Below, piece by piece: positions 1 to 8,208 of a stretch of 32,000 nt of DNA (position 1 is its first letter; every line of letters starts with the position of its first letter). Source of the stretch: Candidatus Fokinia solitaria (GTDB taxonomy: Bacteria; Pseudomonadota; Alphaproteobacteria; Rickettsiales; Midichloriaceae); assembly GCF_003072485.1 (NCBI RefSeq), contig NZ_CP025989.1:390001-422000 (forward strand). The letters are read 5' to 3'. Both the position numbers and the translations under genes were made by a program. Under the pieces are notes generated by a model that was not told the origin of the DNA, did no database searches, and saw nothing but the letters and a program-made list of their open reading frames with translations.

Positions 1-161
1 GCTAACTCCTTCCGAGATATATCTCCGCTTTTATGAAGAAGAAGTTCTAATACCTCAGATGAGATAGGTAGAATTGTTTTACAGCATCTGTGAACAATTC
101 CATGTACCGTCTCATATTCAGATGCGTTCTTCTTGTATTTAGTATTATCTTTATCTATCAT
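1..161 (-). CDS. Partial hypothetical protein, paralogue of the 172-aa ORF at 2453..2971; runs off the left window edge
   Basis: Hand translation from the complement of cat at 159..161: MIDKDNTKYKKNASEYETVHGIVHRCCKTILPISSEVLELLLHKSGDISRKEL, with no stop before the edge. Aligns to REVIHEYCEIILPLAPDILKFFLHKNGNVPRMEL in the 172-aa ORF, about 13 of 34 identical by eye. Both begin M-x-x-K-x-N-T-K. Confidence 0.7.
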   Translation of the reverse strand, partial: MIDKDNTKYKKNASEYETVHGIVHRCCKTILPISSEVLELLLHKSGDISRKEL

Positions 162-196
162 TATAAATATCAATCTAATATGTTGTTATATAGTAT

Positions 197-2227
197 ATGC
201 AAGGAAAAAATAATAGTCAATTGATGGAAGTATTGCTCAAGGATGAAGCTGCTTTTCGGCAGTTAGCTGAGCAGAATGATGACAATCTTGCAGGAATAGC
301 AGGAAAATTCGTATACCAGCTAGATTATGAAGCGTATCATTCTTTGTTCTATCGTAGCCTTGTGCACTTTATATCGCATAATGAGACACTTAAGCACTAT
401 CGAGATATGGTATTGGAGGCGCAGAAGTATGGACTACCAATCGAGACAGTAGAGAGATTAAAAGCATCACATGAGGAAAAAAAAGGAGAATTCATAAAGC
501 GATATAATGATCAATTAAACTACATCAGAGAAAAAGAAGTAAGTAATGTATTAAAGGAGAATAGAACACTTCTCGAAATAGCGCTAAAAGAAAATAATGA
601 AGATAAAGATTTTTTAAAAGCGCTATTTACAGCATTATCAGCTAATAACCGCCCTCATGTTATTACTCTTGCTCCTCTCAGAATGAATATTCGTGGAGGT
701 TTTTATAACTTACGAAATGATTCGATTACTCTATTTCAGGATGATTCGCGATATAGATCTCATTATACAGTGTCTACCCTTGTGCATGAACTTATGCATA
801 GATTCGCTTACTGTTACAATGGGGCAGAATTGGTAATAAAGAGAGAGAAAATGGTTGAAGACTTTTTAAACCAATTTCCACCTTCGCTTCATTTTGTGAT
901 ACTTAAGAAAATGGCGGATGACTTTGCAATATTGACTGATAAGATGATATCTCAACATTATGTTGATAAAGTAGAAGAACAGGATAACTTGAAAGATAGA
1001 AAAGAGCATTTTATTGGGCACATTATGGGCGAGGTAGCGACGAGAGTATATGACTTAGTTCGAGACAGAGCTCAAGGTATAGATCAGACTGGGTTTCCTG
1101 TTACAGTAGAGGTAAGAAAGTTCTTTCAAGAGGTAGTGAAGAGCGAAATATCAGCATTTGAGAAGTATGGTATAACAAAAGATTGGCAGGATCAAATGAA
1201 GAGTTTTGCGGCTCGAGGAGCGGCGATGGATGCCTCTATTACTGCTATAATAACTTCTAGTCAATATTGTACAATAAATGAGGCTGCTTTGATGCAAATG
1301 TTAGTGGATATCGATCAATACGGCAGCCAGATACACAAAAAAGATCCGAAATTCACAATTATGCTCGAGTTAGAGCACAATGCTGTAAAAGGGATACTCT
1401 CTATAAAAAAGAAAGAATTTCAGGAAAATATTAACAATTATGAGCAACTGATAAATTTGTCGCAAGGAATAAGAAAGCTTGAAAAAGCAGTATCTAAAAT
1501 GATTTGTGCAAAAGAAGTAGGGAATTTTCGGAACTTAAAGGAGAAAATCGACAAAAGTATAATGACTGCTTTCGAAAAATTTTCTGATGAAAAAAATGAT
1601 TTTGTAGCTCTGATAGATCTTTTAGGAGGAATAAAGAGCTTTGCAACGATCTCTCAAGATGATAGTCTGAAGAAAACACTCAACTCTTATGAGAGAAAAG
1701 TAACGACAAAGCTTCAAGGTAATAGTAACATTCCACAATTTCTTGGCGCAGATATAAAAGCGTATATTGAAAAAATAACACAGTCTTTGGAAAAAATGAA
1801 TGCTAAGGAAGATTTGGAAAAAGCGGCAAAAGATCTGGAAGACAGGTACGTAAAGTGTTCGCACAGACTTGCTACACTTCTTTCGTGCAACAGCGAAATG
1901 TTTACTGACATAATAATGGAAGTGCAAGATAAAAGTCGTAATGCGTGCTATAATCTATTAGGCGAGATAGAGCGTAAAAAGAATACGTTTGTAGTACAGC
2001 AACAGCAATTCAATGAAGAGCAGCAACAGTCACCTCGGTCGCAACAACAGCAGACGCAGCAACAGCAGCAGATAGAGAGCGTACCAGAGGAAGTGCTATA
2101 CCGAGTAGCAAATAGCTTCAGCACAATCCAACAAGCAGCAACAGAAGGAGCAATCACAACAGCCGCAGGGAGTCAGAAAGTAGTGCAAAATGACAGCAAC
2201 AAGAGTCCAGGAGGAAGGCGCCAATAG
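197..2227 (+). CDS. Hypothetical protein with HExxH (HELMH) zincin-like motif and Gln-rich C-terminus; possible metallopeptidase/effector
   Basis: 676-aa ORF. TLVHELMHRF encoded at about 773..802, HELMH codons at 785..799. Downstream GHIMGEVATRVYD could supply a third ligand. Tail QQQQFNEEQQQSPRSQQQQTQQQQQ. Start codon uncertain (M1 at 197 or M10 at 224). Confidence 0.75.
   Translation: MQGKNNSQLMEVLLKDEAAFRQLAEQNDDNLAGIAGKFVYQLDYEAYHSLFYRSLVHFISHNETLKHYRDMVLEAQKYGLPIETVERLKASHEEKKGEFIKRYNDQLNYIREKEVSNVLKENRTLLEIALKENNEDKDFLKALFTALSANNRPHVITLAPLRMNIRGGFYNLRNDSITLFQDDSRYRSHYTVSTLVHELMHRFAYCYNGAELVIKREKMVEDFLNQFPPSLHFVILKKMADDFAILTDKMISQHYVDKVEEQDNLKDRKEHFIGHIMGEVATRVYDLVRDRAQGIDQTGFPVTVEVRKFFQEVVKSEISAFEKYGITKDWQDQMKSFAARGAAMDASITAIITSSQYCTINEAALMQMLVDIDQYGSQIHKKDPKFTIMLELEHNAVKGILSIKKKEFQENINNYEQLINLSQGIRKLEKAVSKMICAKEVGNFRNLKEKIDKSIMTAFEKFSDEKNDFVALIDLLGGIKSFATISQDDSLKKTLNSYERKVTTKLQGNSNIPQFLGADIKAYIEKITQSLEKMNAKEDLEKAAKDLEDRYVKCSHRLATLLSCNSEMFTDIIMEVQDKSRNACYNLLGEIERKKNTFVVQQQQFNEEQQQSPRSQQQQTQQQQQIESVPEEVLYRVANSFSTIQQAATEGAITTAAGSQKVVQNDSNKSPGGRRQ
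1997..2071 (+). repeat. Gln-rich low-complexity CAG/CAA tract inside the 676-aa ORF
   Basis: Direct reading of imperfect cag/caa runs encoding clusters of Q. Confidence 0.8.
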
Positions 2228-2452
2228 ATCGTTTTGAACATGATGATCTTTTCACTTTCGTATTTACGATGATTGAAAATATCAACATCCCTACCCGTTT
2301 TTGTATCGCACTTATGAGATTCGAAGATGAAAGAAAAAAGAAAGGAAGAAGGAGCGAAATGAGATTTTCGCATACCTCTGTTACAAATGGAGAGAGTTGA
2401 TACTCTCTCCAAGAGCATCACAATACTTTGTACGTGATACTACGATGAAAGC

Positions 2453-2971
2453 TTAGTCAATACTATCAGAATCGGAGTAATGCATCGCACTGTTATCATG
2501 AATTTCGCTATGTGGAGCCGCGCACTGACTTTGTTCAGGACTTGGTGCAGCAACTTGCTGTTGTTGTAGATGATTCGATGTAACATGATGTGGAGTTGCT
2601 TGATTCTGCAGCATCATCTGCGCTTCCTCCATGAAAATTGGCACCGCTATAGAACGTATTGCATCATGCACATGTCGATTGAATAGCATATAATCAGGCA
2701 GATATGGTGCTTCACCAACAAGAGTATGTCGTAACTTCTCAACAACTCTATCTAAGTCGCGAGAAGAAGTGAGGGTAGGAAATTTTTTTATTAACTCCAT
2801 TCGAGGTACATTTCCATTCTTGTGGAGGAAGAATTTTAATATATCAGGAGCAAGAGGTAAAATTATCTCGCAATATTCGTGAATAACTTCTCGCGTTATA
2901 TCGCTATTGAAGAAATCTTCATTGCTTTTGAATTTATCTTCATTGCTTTTAGTATTATTTTTATTTAACAT
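2453..2971 (-). CDS. Hypothetical protein (172 aa), member of a small two-copy family
   Basis: Intact ORF; similar to the edge-truncated ORF at <1..161; His/Gln/Ser-rich C-terminus. Confidence 0.65.
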   Translation of the reverse strand: MLNKNNTKSNEDKFKSNEDFFNSDITREVIHEYCEIILPLAPDILKFFLHKNGNVPRMELIKKFPTLTSSRDLDRVVEKLRHTLVGEAPYLPDYMLFNRHVHDAIRSIAVPIFMEEAQMMLQNQATPHHVTSNHLQQQQVAAPSPEQSQCAAPHSEIHDNSAMHYSDSDSID

Positions 2972-3287
2972 TATTAGTATAAATTAATGTATATTTATAT
3001 AGTATATGCTTCAAGGAAATAATGATCAATGAGTGTCAAGAAAAAGAGAAAAAGGTATTAGTGCAATACATATAATCCGCTGTTTTGATAACGAATTACT
3101 AGATACATGGCAAGAAGTGAGATTTACCGCTGATAATTGTAGAATCAATGATTTAAAGCATTTATGCAGCGAAAACTCTTTCTAATGCGCAAAGCAATAG
3201 TCTTAATAATATGATAAAATGTTGATTATATAACCTTTAAGTTATAACATCATAAGCTACGTGTGTTTATAGATTCATGCTTTGTAT

Positions 3288-3755
3288 ATGCAAAGGTTCT
3301 TGATTACGCAAAAAGGTTATAATGCTTTAAAAGAAGAGCTTCATCGTCTTAAGACAATAGATAGAGTATCTATAGTTGCGGCAATTTCAGAAGCAAGATC
3401 TCATGGCGATCTTTCTGAAAATGCGGAATATCACGCCGCTATTGAAAAGCAGAGTATGATAGAAAGTAAGATAGCTGATCTAGAAAGTAAGTTTAGTCGC
3501 GCTGAAGTTATAATACCTAACACTGAGACTGACGTTATCAGATTTGGTGCTACAGTGGAGCTTGAAAGCGAAGATACACCTAAGGTAAAGATGAGATATA
3601 CTATTGCTGGAAATTATGAAGCGGATCCGGAAAAAGGAGTAATATCCGCCTACTCACCTGTAGGTAGATCCATGATAGGTAGAGTAGTTGGAGATGATAT
3701 TATGATAAATGAGCGCGTATATATTGTGACTAGTGTATTATATATTACGGATTAA
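3288..3755 (+). CDS. greA: Transcription elongation factor GreA
   Basis: Conserved GreA features: LITQKGYNALKEELHRLK, ISEARSHGDLSENAEYHAAIEKQ, AEVI, SPVGRSMIGRVVGDDI. Start set at the second Met (ORF track starts 3282). Confidence 0.95.
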   Translation: MQRFLITQKGYNALKEELHRLKTIDRVSIVAAISEARSHGDLSENAEYHAAIEKQSMIESKIADLESKFSRAEVIIPNTETDVIRFGATVELESEDTPKVKMRYTIAGNYEADPEKGVISAYSPVGRSMIGRVVGDDIMINERVYIVTSVLYITD

Positions 3756-6161
3756 TTGCGTTGACTTAGTATCTGATTTTTTCAGTATAATTCTGCTAGG
3801 TTGTGCCGCTATCTGCTGCTGTCTCACGCGGAATTTATACATGCTTCTTATCTTGTTATAAGTAAGAGTAGCGATTGCGGCGGTAGCAACACCAGCAGCA
3901 GCTATTTTAGTAAATGTAGCGACAGCAACTAGTACAGCAGAAGCAGCAGCAGCTTTTACGGCAATTTTTCGTGATGCGCGATCGAAGATCTTTTCAGGAT
4001 TTTCTTCTCCTTCCAACAATTTATCGTACATTTTAGTCTTTGCAGATTTCTCTGCTACTTCTTTGCTAACTGCTGTGATAGCAAGTAAGCTTCCTGTGAG
4101 TTCGGTATTACCTCCTAATGCCTTTTGCGCAAGGGATGATACTGCGCAGTACAATGCGAGTTTTGCTGTATAATGTCCGATATTGTTGGCTACTTCATTA
4201 GCTACAGCGGCAACAATAATTGCTTTTTCTTTGTCTCCTATTTCTTTAGAATTGTATCTCGCTTGGTATGCTTTTACCGCAAGTCCTGCAAGTATAGCTG
4301 TAGCTTTTCCTAATGTACCGATGCCAATTTTATTAGATGTTTCATGAATTACCCCTACTGTTGCGGCAGCATCTAATGTTTGAGAAGTTTTTTTAGCATA
4401 ATCATATAATTTCACTAACTTCTTCCTTTTGTCTAAATCCTTATATTCTGAAATAATGCCTTTGTCCTTGATTGCACTCTTGAGTCTTTTGTGCAATTTA
4501 AGCGCGAGAGTATCTTGCTTTTTGAGCGATACAGTAGCCTTTTTATCGATAGTAGGAGCTAGAATCCCCATTCCCATATCGGTACTACCGATCTCTATCT
4601 TACTATCTATTCTGTTACTTTTATCTATGTTTACAAGTTGCATATTAGAATCTTGTGCTTGAAAAGCGCCAAAGGTACATTTTTGAAATTTTCCACACTG
4701 CATCTTAGTATCTTTGATCTGAATACTATCGGCCTTTACAGATATAAATGAAGAACTTGGTACAAGCGAGTCTAAGAATGTTATGTTTTTTGCCTTCACC
4801 TTATTGAATTTCATAGGAAGTGCAGAGTTCTTGAACTCAATTTTATTACCAATACAATTTGTAAACCGTAACCGTCCGCCCTCTTCCGGTAATTGACTGA
4901 AAAGCTCTTCTGTAAGCGAATCAACCTTTTCTTTTAGAAATGGCTTTTCTTGTGCATCCAAGAAAACATCATCACTTTGTACACTGAGAAATATGTCGCC
5001 ATCCTTATTTATTGTCGCGTCTTCAATAGATGCGCTATGCTCAATTTTCCTTGTGATATCGTCTTTTATGCATTTCTTTGCTTCATGATCAATTGTATTT
5101 CTACAATCGATAAACTTTACAGCGCCGAATTTCTTCGTCACTTCAATATCATTTAAGAATATACAGTTTTCAAATACTGTTTCTTTATTATTTTCTGCAT
5201 CAGCGCCAAGTATATGCGTATTTAGAAATATGCAATTCTTATAAGTTTTTCCCTGTTCTATTTCATCTTGAATTGAATATTGCGTTTTAGGCGCGATATC
5301 TTCTTGTTTCTCTTCTACGTATTGTAATTGCGCTTTCCTTATATCATTTTCAGCAAGCACAAGTTCAGTCTTTGCCGTATTATATGCTTGCATCACGTCT
5401 AATAATCGTTCTGATACTTTATTTGATGTATTAATGCTTTTTATAGTGCTTTGCGCATCAAACAATATTTTCATTTCTTCAGCAGACATATCTTTTTCTA
5501 CGATCTTTTGAAAATGATGAGGATCAGTATTATTCTGTGAATTTGTTATACTCCATAATTCTTCTAGGCATTCTGCGACATTTTTCCTTTTTTCTTCTAC
5601 AGCTTTATGATGTCTTTTTCGTAGATCTTCATCAAAAATCCATTCTGGTGAAGCTTTTTGTTTGGCATCGAATGTTGTAGCAGAGAATAATTCTTCTTTT
5701 GAAATTTTAACCCTTGCTTCTCCTACAATTAGATTTTTCACCCCTTCTCTGAAATTTTTGAACGCTCCTCTAAATCCTTGATTTTGCGCTACTACATTAT
5801 TTTGATTATTTAATTCAGGCAAGGAGGGGAAAGATGCTTTTTCATGAATATTAAAGAGATGATGTTTATCGCTAGATGGTGAATCTATAATTGCGCCGGA
5901 AAAATCAGAATCTGGAAAAGCACAATTGGTAAAGTGAGAATTTCGAAAGCGAGTGCCATCGAATTGACAATTTCTAAATACAGAAGTCGCGCAATGTAGA
6001 TTTTTTATTACACAACCAGAGAAATCTATGTCGCTCAATATTTCCTCTTTTATCTGTCTTCCACCATTAAATTTTTGAAAATCTATCTCTTTCTTACCAC
6101 TTTGAAGCGCCTCTTCTATGAAGAGATGTAACTCGCTTTTTTTGATGTTATTCTTTTGCAT
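3738..6161 (-). CDS. Large hypothetical protein: N-terminal pentapeptide repeats, central helical region, degenerate beta-helix-like region, hydrophobic C-terminal segments
   Basis: 807-aa ORF with CVFRN-CQFDG-TRFRN-SHFTN-CAFPD-SDFSG periodicity and hydrophobic stretches such as AAASAVLVAVATFTKIAAAGVATAAIATL near the C-terminus. Confidence 0.75.
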   Translation of the reverse strand: MQKNNIKKSELHLFIEEALQSGKKEIDFQKFNGGRQIKEEILSDIDFSGCVIKNLHCATSVFRNCQFDGTRFRNSHFTNCAFPDSDFSGAIIDSPSSDKHHLFNIHEKASFPSLPELNNQNNVVAQNQGFRGAFKNFREGVKNLIVGEARVKISKEELFSATTFDAKQKASPEWIFDEDLRKRHHKAVEEKRKNVAECLEELWSITNSQNNTDPHHFQKIVEKDMSAEEMKILFDAQSTIKSINTSNKVSERLLDVMQAYNTAKTELVLAENDIRKAQLQYVEEKQEDIAPKTQYSIQDEIEQGKTYKNCIFLNTHILGADAENNKETVFENCIFLNDIEVTKKFGAVKFIDCRNTIDHEAKKCIKDDITRKIEHSASIEDATINKDGDIFLSVQSDDVFLDAQEKPFLKEKVDSLTEELFSQLPEEGGRLRFTNCIGNKIEFKNSALPMKFNKVKAKNITFLDSLVPSSSFISVKADSIQIKDTKMQCGKFQKCTFGAFQAQDSNMQLVNIDKSNRIDSKIEIGSTDMGMGILAPTIDKKATVSLKKQDTLALKLHKRLKSAIKDKGIISEYKDLDKRKKLVKLYDYAKKTSQTLDAAATVGVIHETSNKIGIGTLGKATAILAGLAVKAYQARYNSKEIGDKEKAIIVAAVANEVANNIGHYTAKLALYCAVSSLAQKALGGNTELTGSLLAITAVSKEVAEKSAKTKMYDKLLEGEENPEKIFDRASRKIAVKAAAASAVLVAVATFTKIAAAGVATAAIATLTYNKIRSMYKFRVRQQQIAAQPSRIILKKSDTKSTQLIRNI
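5886..6026 (-). repeat. Pentapeptide-repeat segment within the 807-aa ORF
   Basis: Every fifth residue is F (or hydrophobic) over IDFSGCVIKNLHCATSVFRNCQFDGTRFRNSHFTNCAFPDSDFSGAII. Confidence 0.65.
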
Positions 6162-6601
6162 TAGAGAGTGTTAATATTAACTTTAATTATATTAATTGTA
6201 TTAAAATGCAATCGAATTGTAAAGTTAGAATTAATTTATACAATTGTATTATATCGTGAAATATGAACTAATGAAATATCTTAATGAATTTATTTATGTA
6301 TTGTAATTTTTCGATAAAAAGAAGAGATATCAAGGAAATAAGACGAATTTAAGATATCTTTAATGATTTTTTGAAAATAGATGGATTTCATTCTAATCCT
6401 TAAGATGACAGTTATGCATTCTGAGTTCTTGTCTTATGAAATGATATAAGTACGACCTCTTATAGCTTTCCTATGGAGTGATTCGAATAGTGAGTGCGGT
6501 AAGAAATAAGTCAGATGGAAATTGATCTTTCTAAGAGAAATAAAAATACGTGCTTAGTACGATTAACGGAGAGAGAAATGAAGCATACGTAAGAAAGGAG
6601 C

Positions 6602-7078
6602 TTACCGCATGTTTAATCTACTACGAGCAAATTCTTCTGTTTCCGGTGTGTCATCCAATACCCAACCACTTGTGAGTAACCTCGTAATGTGTTGCTTGTT
6701 ATATATGAATGATAGAATGAAATTAGGAGCAAAAAAGCCGCTAATAAAGTATAGTAGAACTATACTAAGCTTCTCTCCTCGAATTAGAGGTACCCAGAAA
6801 GAGAAGTAAAAGTACGTCCAGCACCAGCCTAATTGAGCAGTTTTTCGAATACCGCTATCCTTATGTCTGACAACGACTGGCCTTTGCTTGAAGACGAAGA
6901 CACCGAGTACTAAAGGAAGCAATGAAAACAGAATGAGAGTGCCACTAGATTCATGACGAAGAGGGTAAAGAAGCTCTTTGATGAGAGTATTAGGAAGTAG
7001 CTGATCGAAAAGAAAAAAAGGAATTAATCCTGGTGAATAAAGAAAGAAGCAGAGCAAGCGGCAGAATTCGAAAAACAT
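6602..7078 (-). CDS. Hypothetical multi-pass membrane protein (158 aa)
   Basis: Several hydrophobic segments (FCRLLCFFLYSPGLIPFFLF; LILFSLLPLVLGVFVF; LSIVLLYFISGFFAPNFILSFIY); no family recognised. Confidence 0.55.
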   Translation of the reverse strand: MFFEFCRLLCFFLYSPGLIPFFLFDQLLPNTLIKELLYPLRHESSGTLILFSLLPLVLGVFVFKQRPVVVRHKDSGIRKTAQLGWCWTYFYFSFWVPLIRGEKLSIVLLYFISGFFAPNFILSFIYNKQHITRLLTSGWVLDDTPETEEFARSRLNMR

Positions 7079-7201
7079 AGTATACGCAAAAAAATTAAAT
7101 CAAATTAAGCGAGACAACATGTGCAATCATGAAAATAGCTATAGCATAGAAGCTGATTTGCGCACTCTATCTGTTTCGCAGCTATTCTTTGTATTGCCAC
7201 T

Positions 7202-7288
7202 CTATAAGCAGAATAACCAGAAAAGGAAGAGAAACGGTGCTAAGCTAGGCGCAGCAGCAGCAAGCACGATCAAAAGTAGAATAGACAT
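7202..7288 (-). CDS. Possible very small hydrophobic peptide (28 aa)
   Basis: Hand translation MSILLLIVLAAAAPSLAPFLFLFWLFCL*, lying between rpsE and the 158-aa membrane protein on the same strand; unsupported by homology. Confidence 0.2.
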   Translation of the reverse strand: MSILLLIVLAAAAPSLAPFLFLFWLFCL

Positions 7289-7400
7289 GTAATGTAAAAC
7301 TTAATGTGACGTGATATACGCAACCATCAAGAAAAATGGCTATGGCATAAGCTTGTCTCCTCCCTACTCTATAAAAACTATCCTCGAAGTTATTTCGTAT

Positions 7401-8000
7401 CTACTCAGATGCCTTTGTCTCTGCTTCTACTGCTTCAGAGGGCGCGCTATTATTATCATTCTCTTCTTGAGGAAGTCTTCCGTAATCAGTTCTATTTCTG
7501 AAGATGTAAGATGCAGATATCCCTCTAGCTGCTGCTATCGCTCTTGGAGATCTACTTTGTAATAATGCTTTCTTAGCTGCCAACAATACAGTGAAAGGAT
7601 TAGTACTACCTATACATTTTGATACAACGTCTTTTACTCCTAATACTTCGAGAAAAGCGCGCAAAGAAGGCCCTGCTATTACGCCAGCACCGTGCTGTGC
7701 TGGTCTCATAAGCACTTTTGTTGCGCCACTTTTGGATTCTATTATATGATGTAATGTTCTGCCATCTCTAAGCTGTACTCTTACCATATTACTACGTGCT
7801 GAATGTGCAGCCTTTGCTTTAGCGTCGGACACCTCATTCGCTTTACCTAGACCAATGCCAACGCTACCTTTTCTATCTCCAACGACAACTAATGCGCGGA
7901 AGGAGAAGCGTCGTCCTCCCTTTACCACTTTCACCACTCTACTTACTGATACTACCTCTTCCTGTAAAGTATCGTGTCTTTGAGATTTAGCCTGCTTCAT
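7401..8000 (-). CDS. rpsE: 30S ribosomal protein S5
   Basis: RVVKVVKGGRRFSFRALVVVGDRKGSVGIGLGKANEVSDAKAKA..., GAGVIAGPSLRAFLEVLGVKDVVSKCIGSTNPFTVLLA. Confidence 0.96.
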   Translation of the reverse strand: MKQAKSQRHDTLQEEVVSVSRVVKVVKGGRRFSFRALVVVGDRKGSVGIGLGKANEVSDAKAKAAHSARSNMVRVQLRDGRTLHHIIESKSGATKVLMRPAQHGAGVIAGPSLRAFLEVLGVKDVVSKCIGSTNPFTVLLAAKKALLQSRSPRAIAAARGISASYIFRNRTDYGRLPQEENDNNSAPSEAVEAETKASE

Positions 8001-8208
8001 TACGTCTGTTTACGATTTAATACATATGCATGAGGTGAAGCATAGAGGAAAATATAATCTTATTCAACAGGTAGATGTAAAGTCATTGTCGCTATTTTAC
8101 GGAGTAATAAGAAAAATTTCATCTAATGAAAGAAGTGATTGTATTGCATCGAATTGACAATTACCGCTTTCATCTATACTGATTTGTAGTAAAAAAGTTT
8201 ATTGATAT

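Noticed and set aside
1622-1927. Minus-strand ORFs (with 1494..1679, 1714..1911 and 1948..2157) inside the 676-aa gene
   Set aside because: Antisense to a long coherent ORF; compositions (Cys/Phe/Ser-rich, poly-Cys from CAG repeats) look like shadow frames.
1997-2071. Possible CRISPR-like or minisatellite array
   Set aside because: Only a codon-level Gln tract; no repeat-spacer structure. I saw no CRISPR array anywhere in the window.
2173-2421. 82-aa minus-strand ORF
   Set aside because: Overlaps the end of the 676-aa gene, no recognisable family, Phe/Leu-rich low-quality translation; not supportable.
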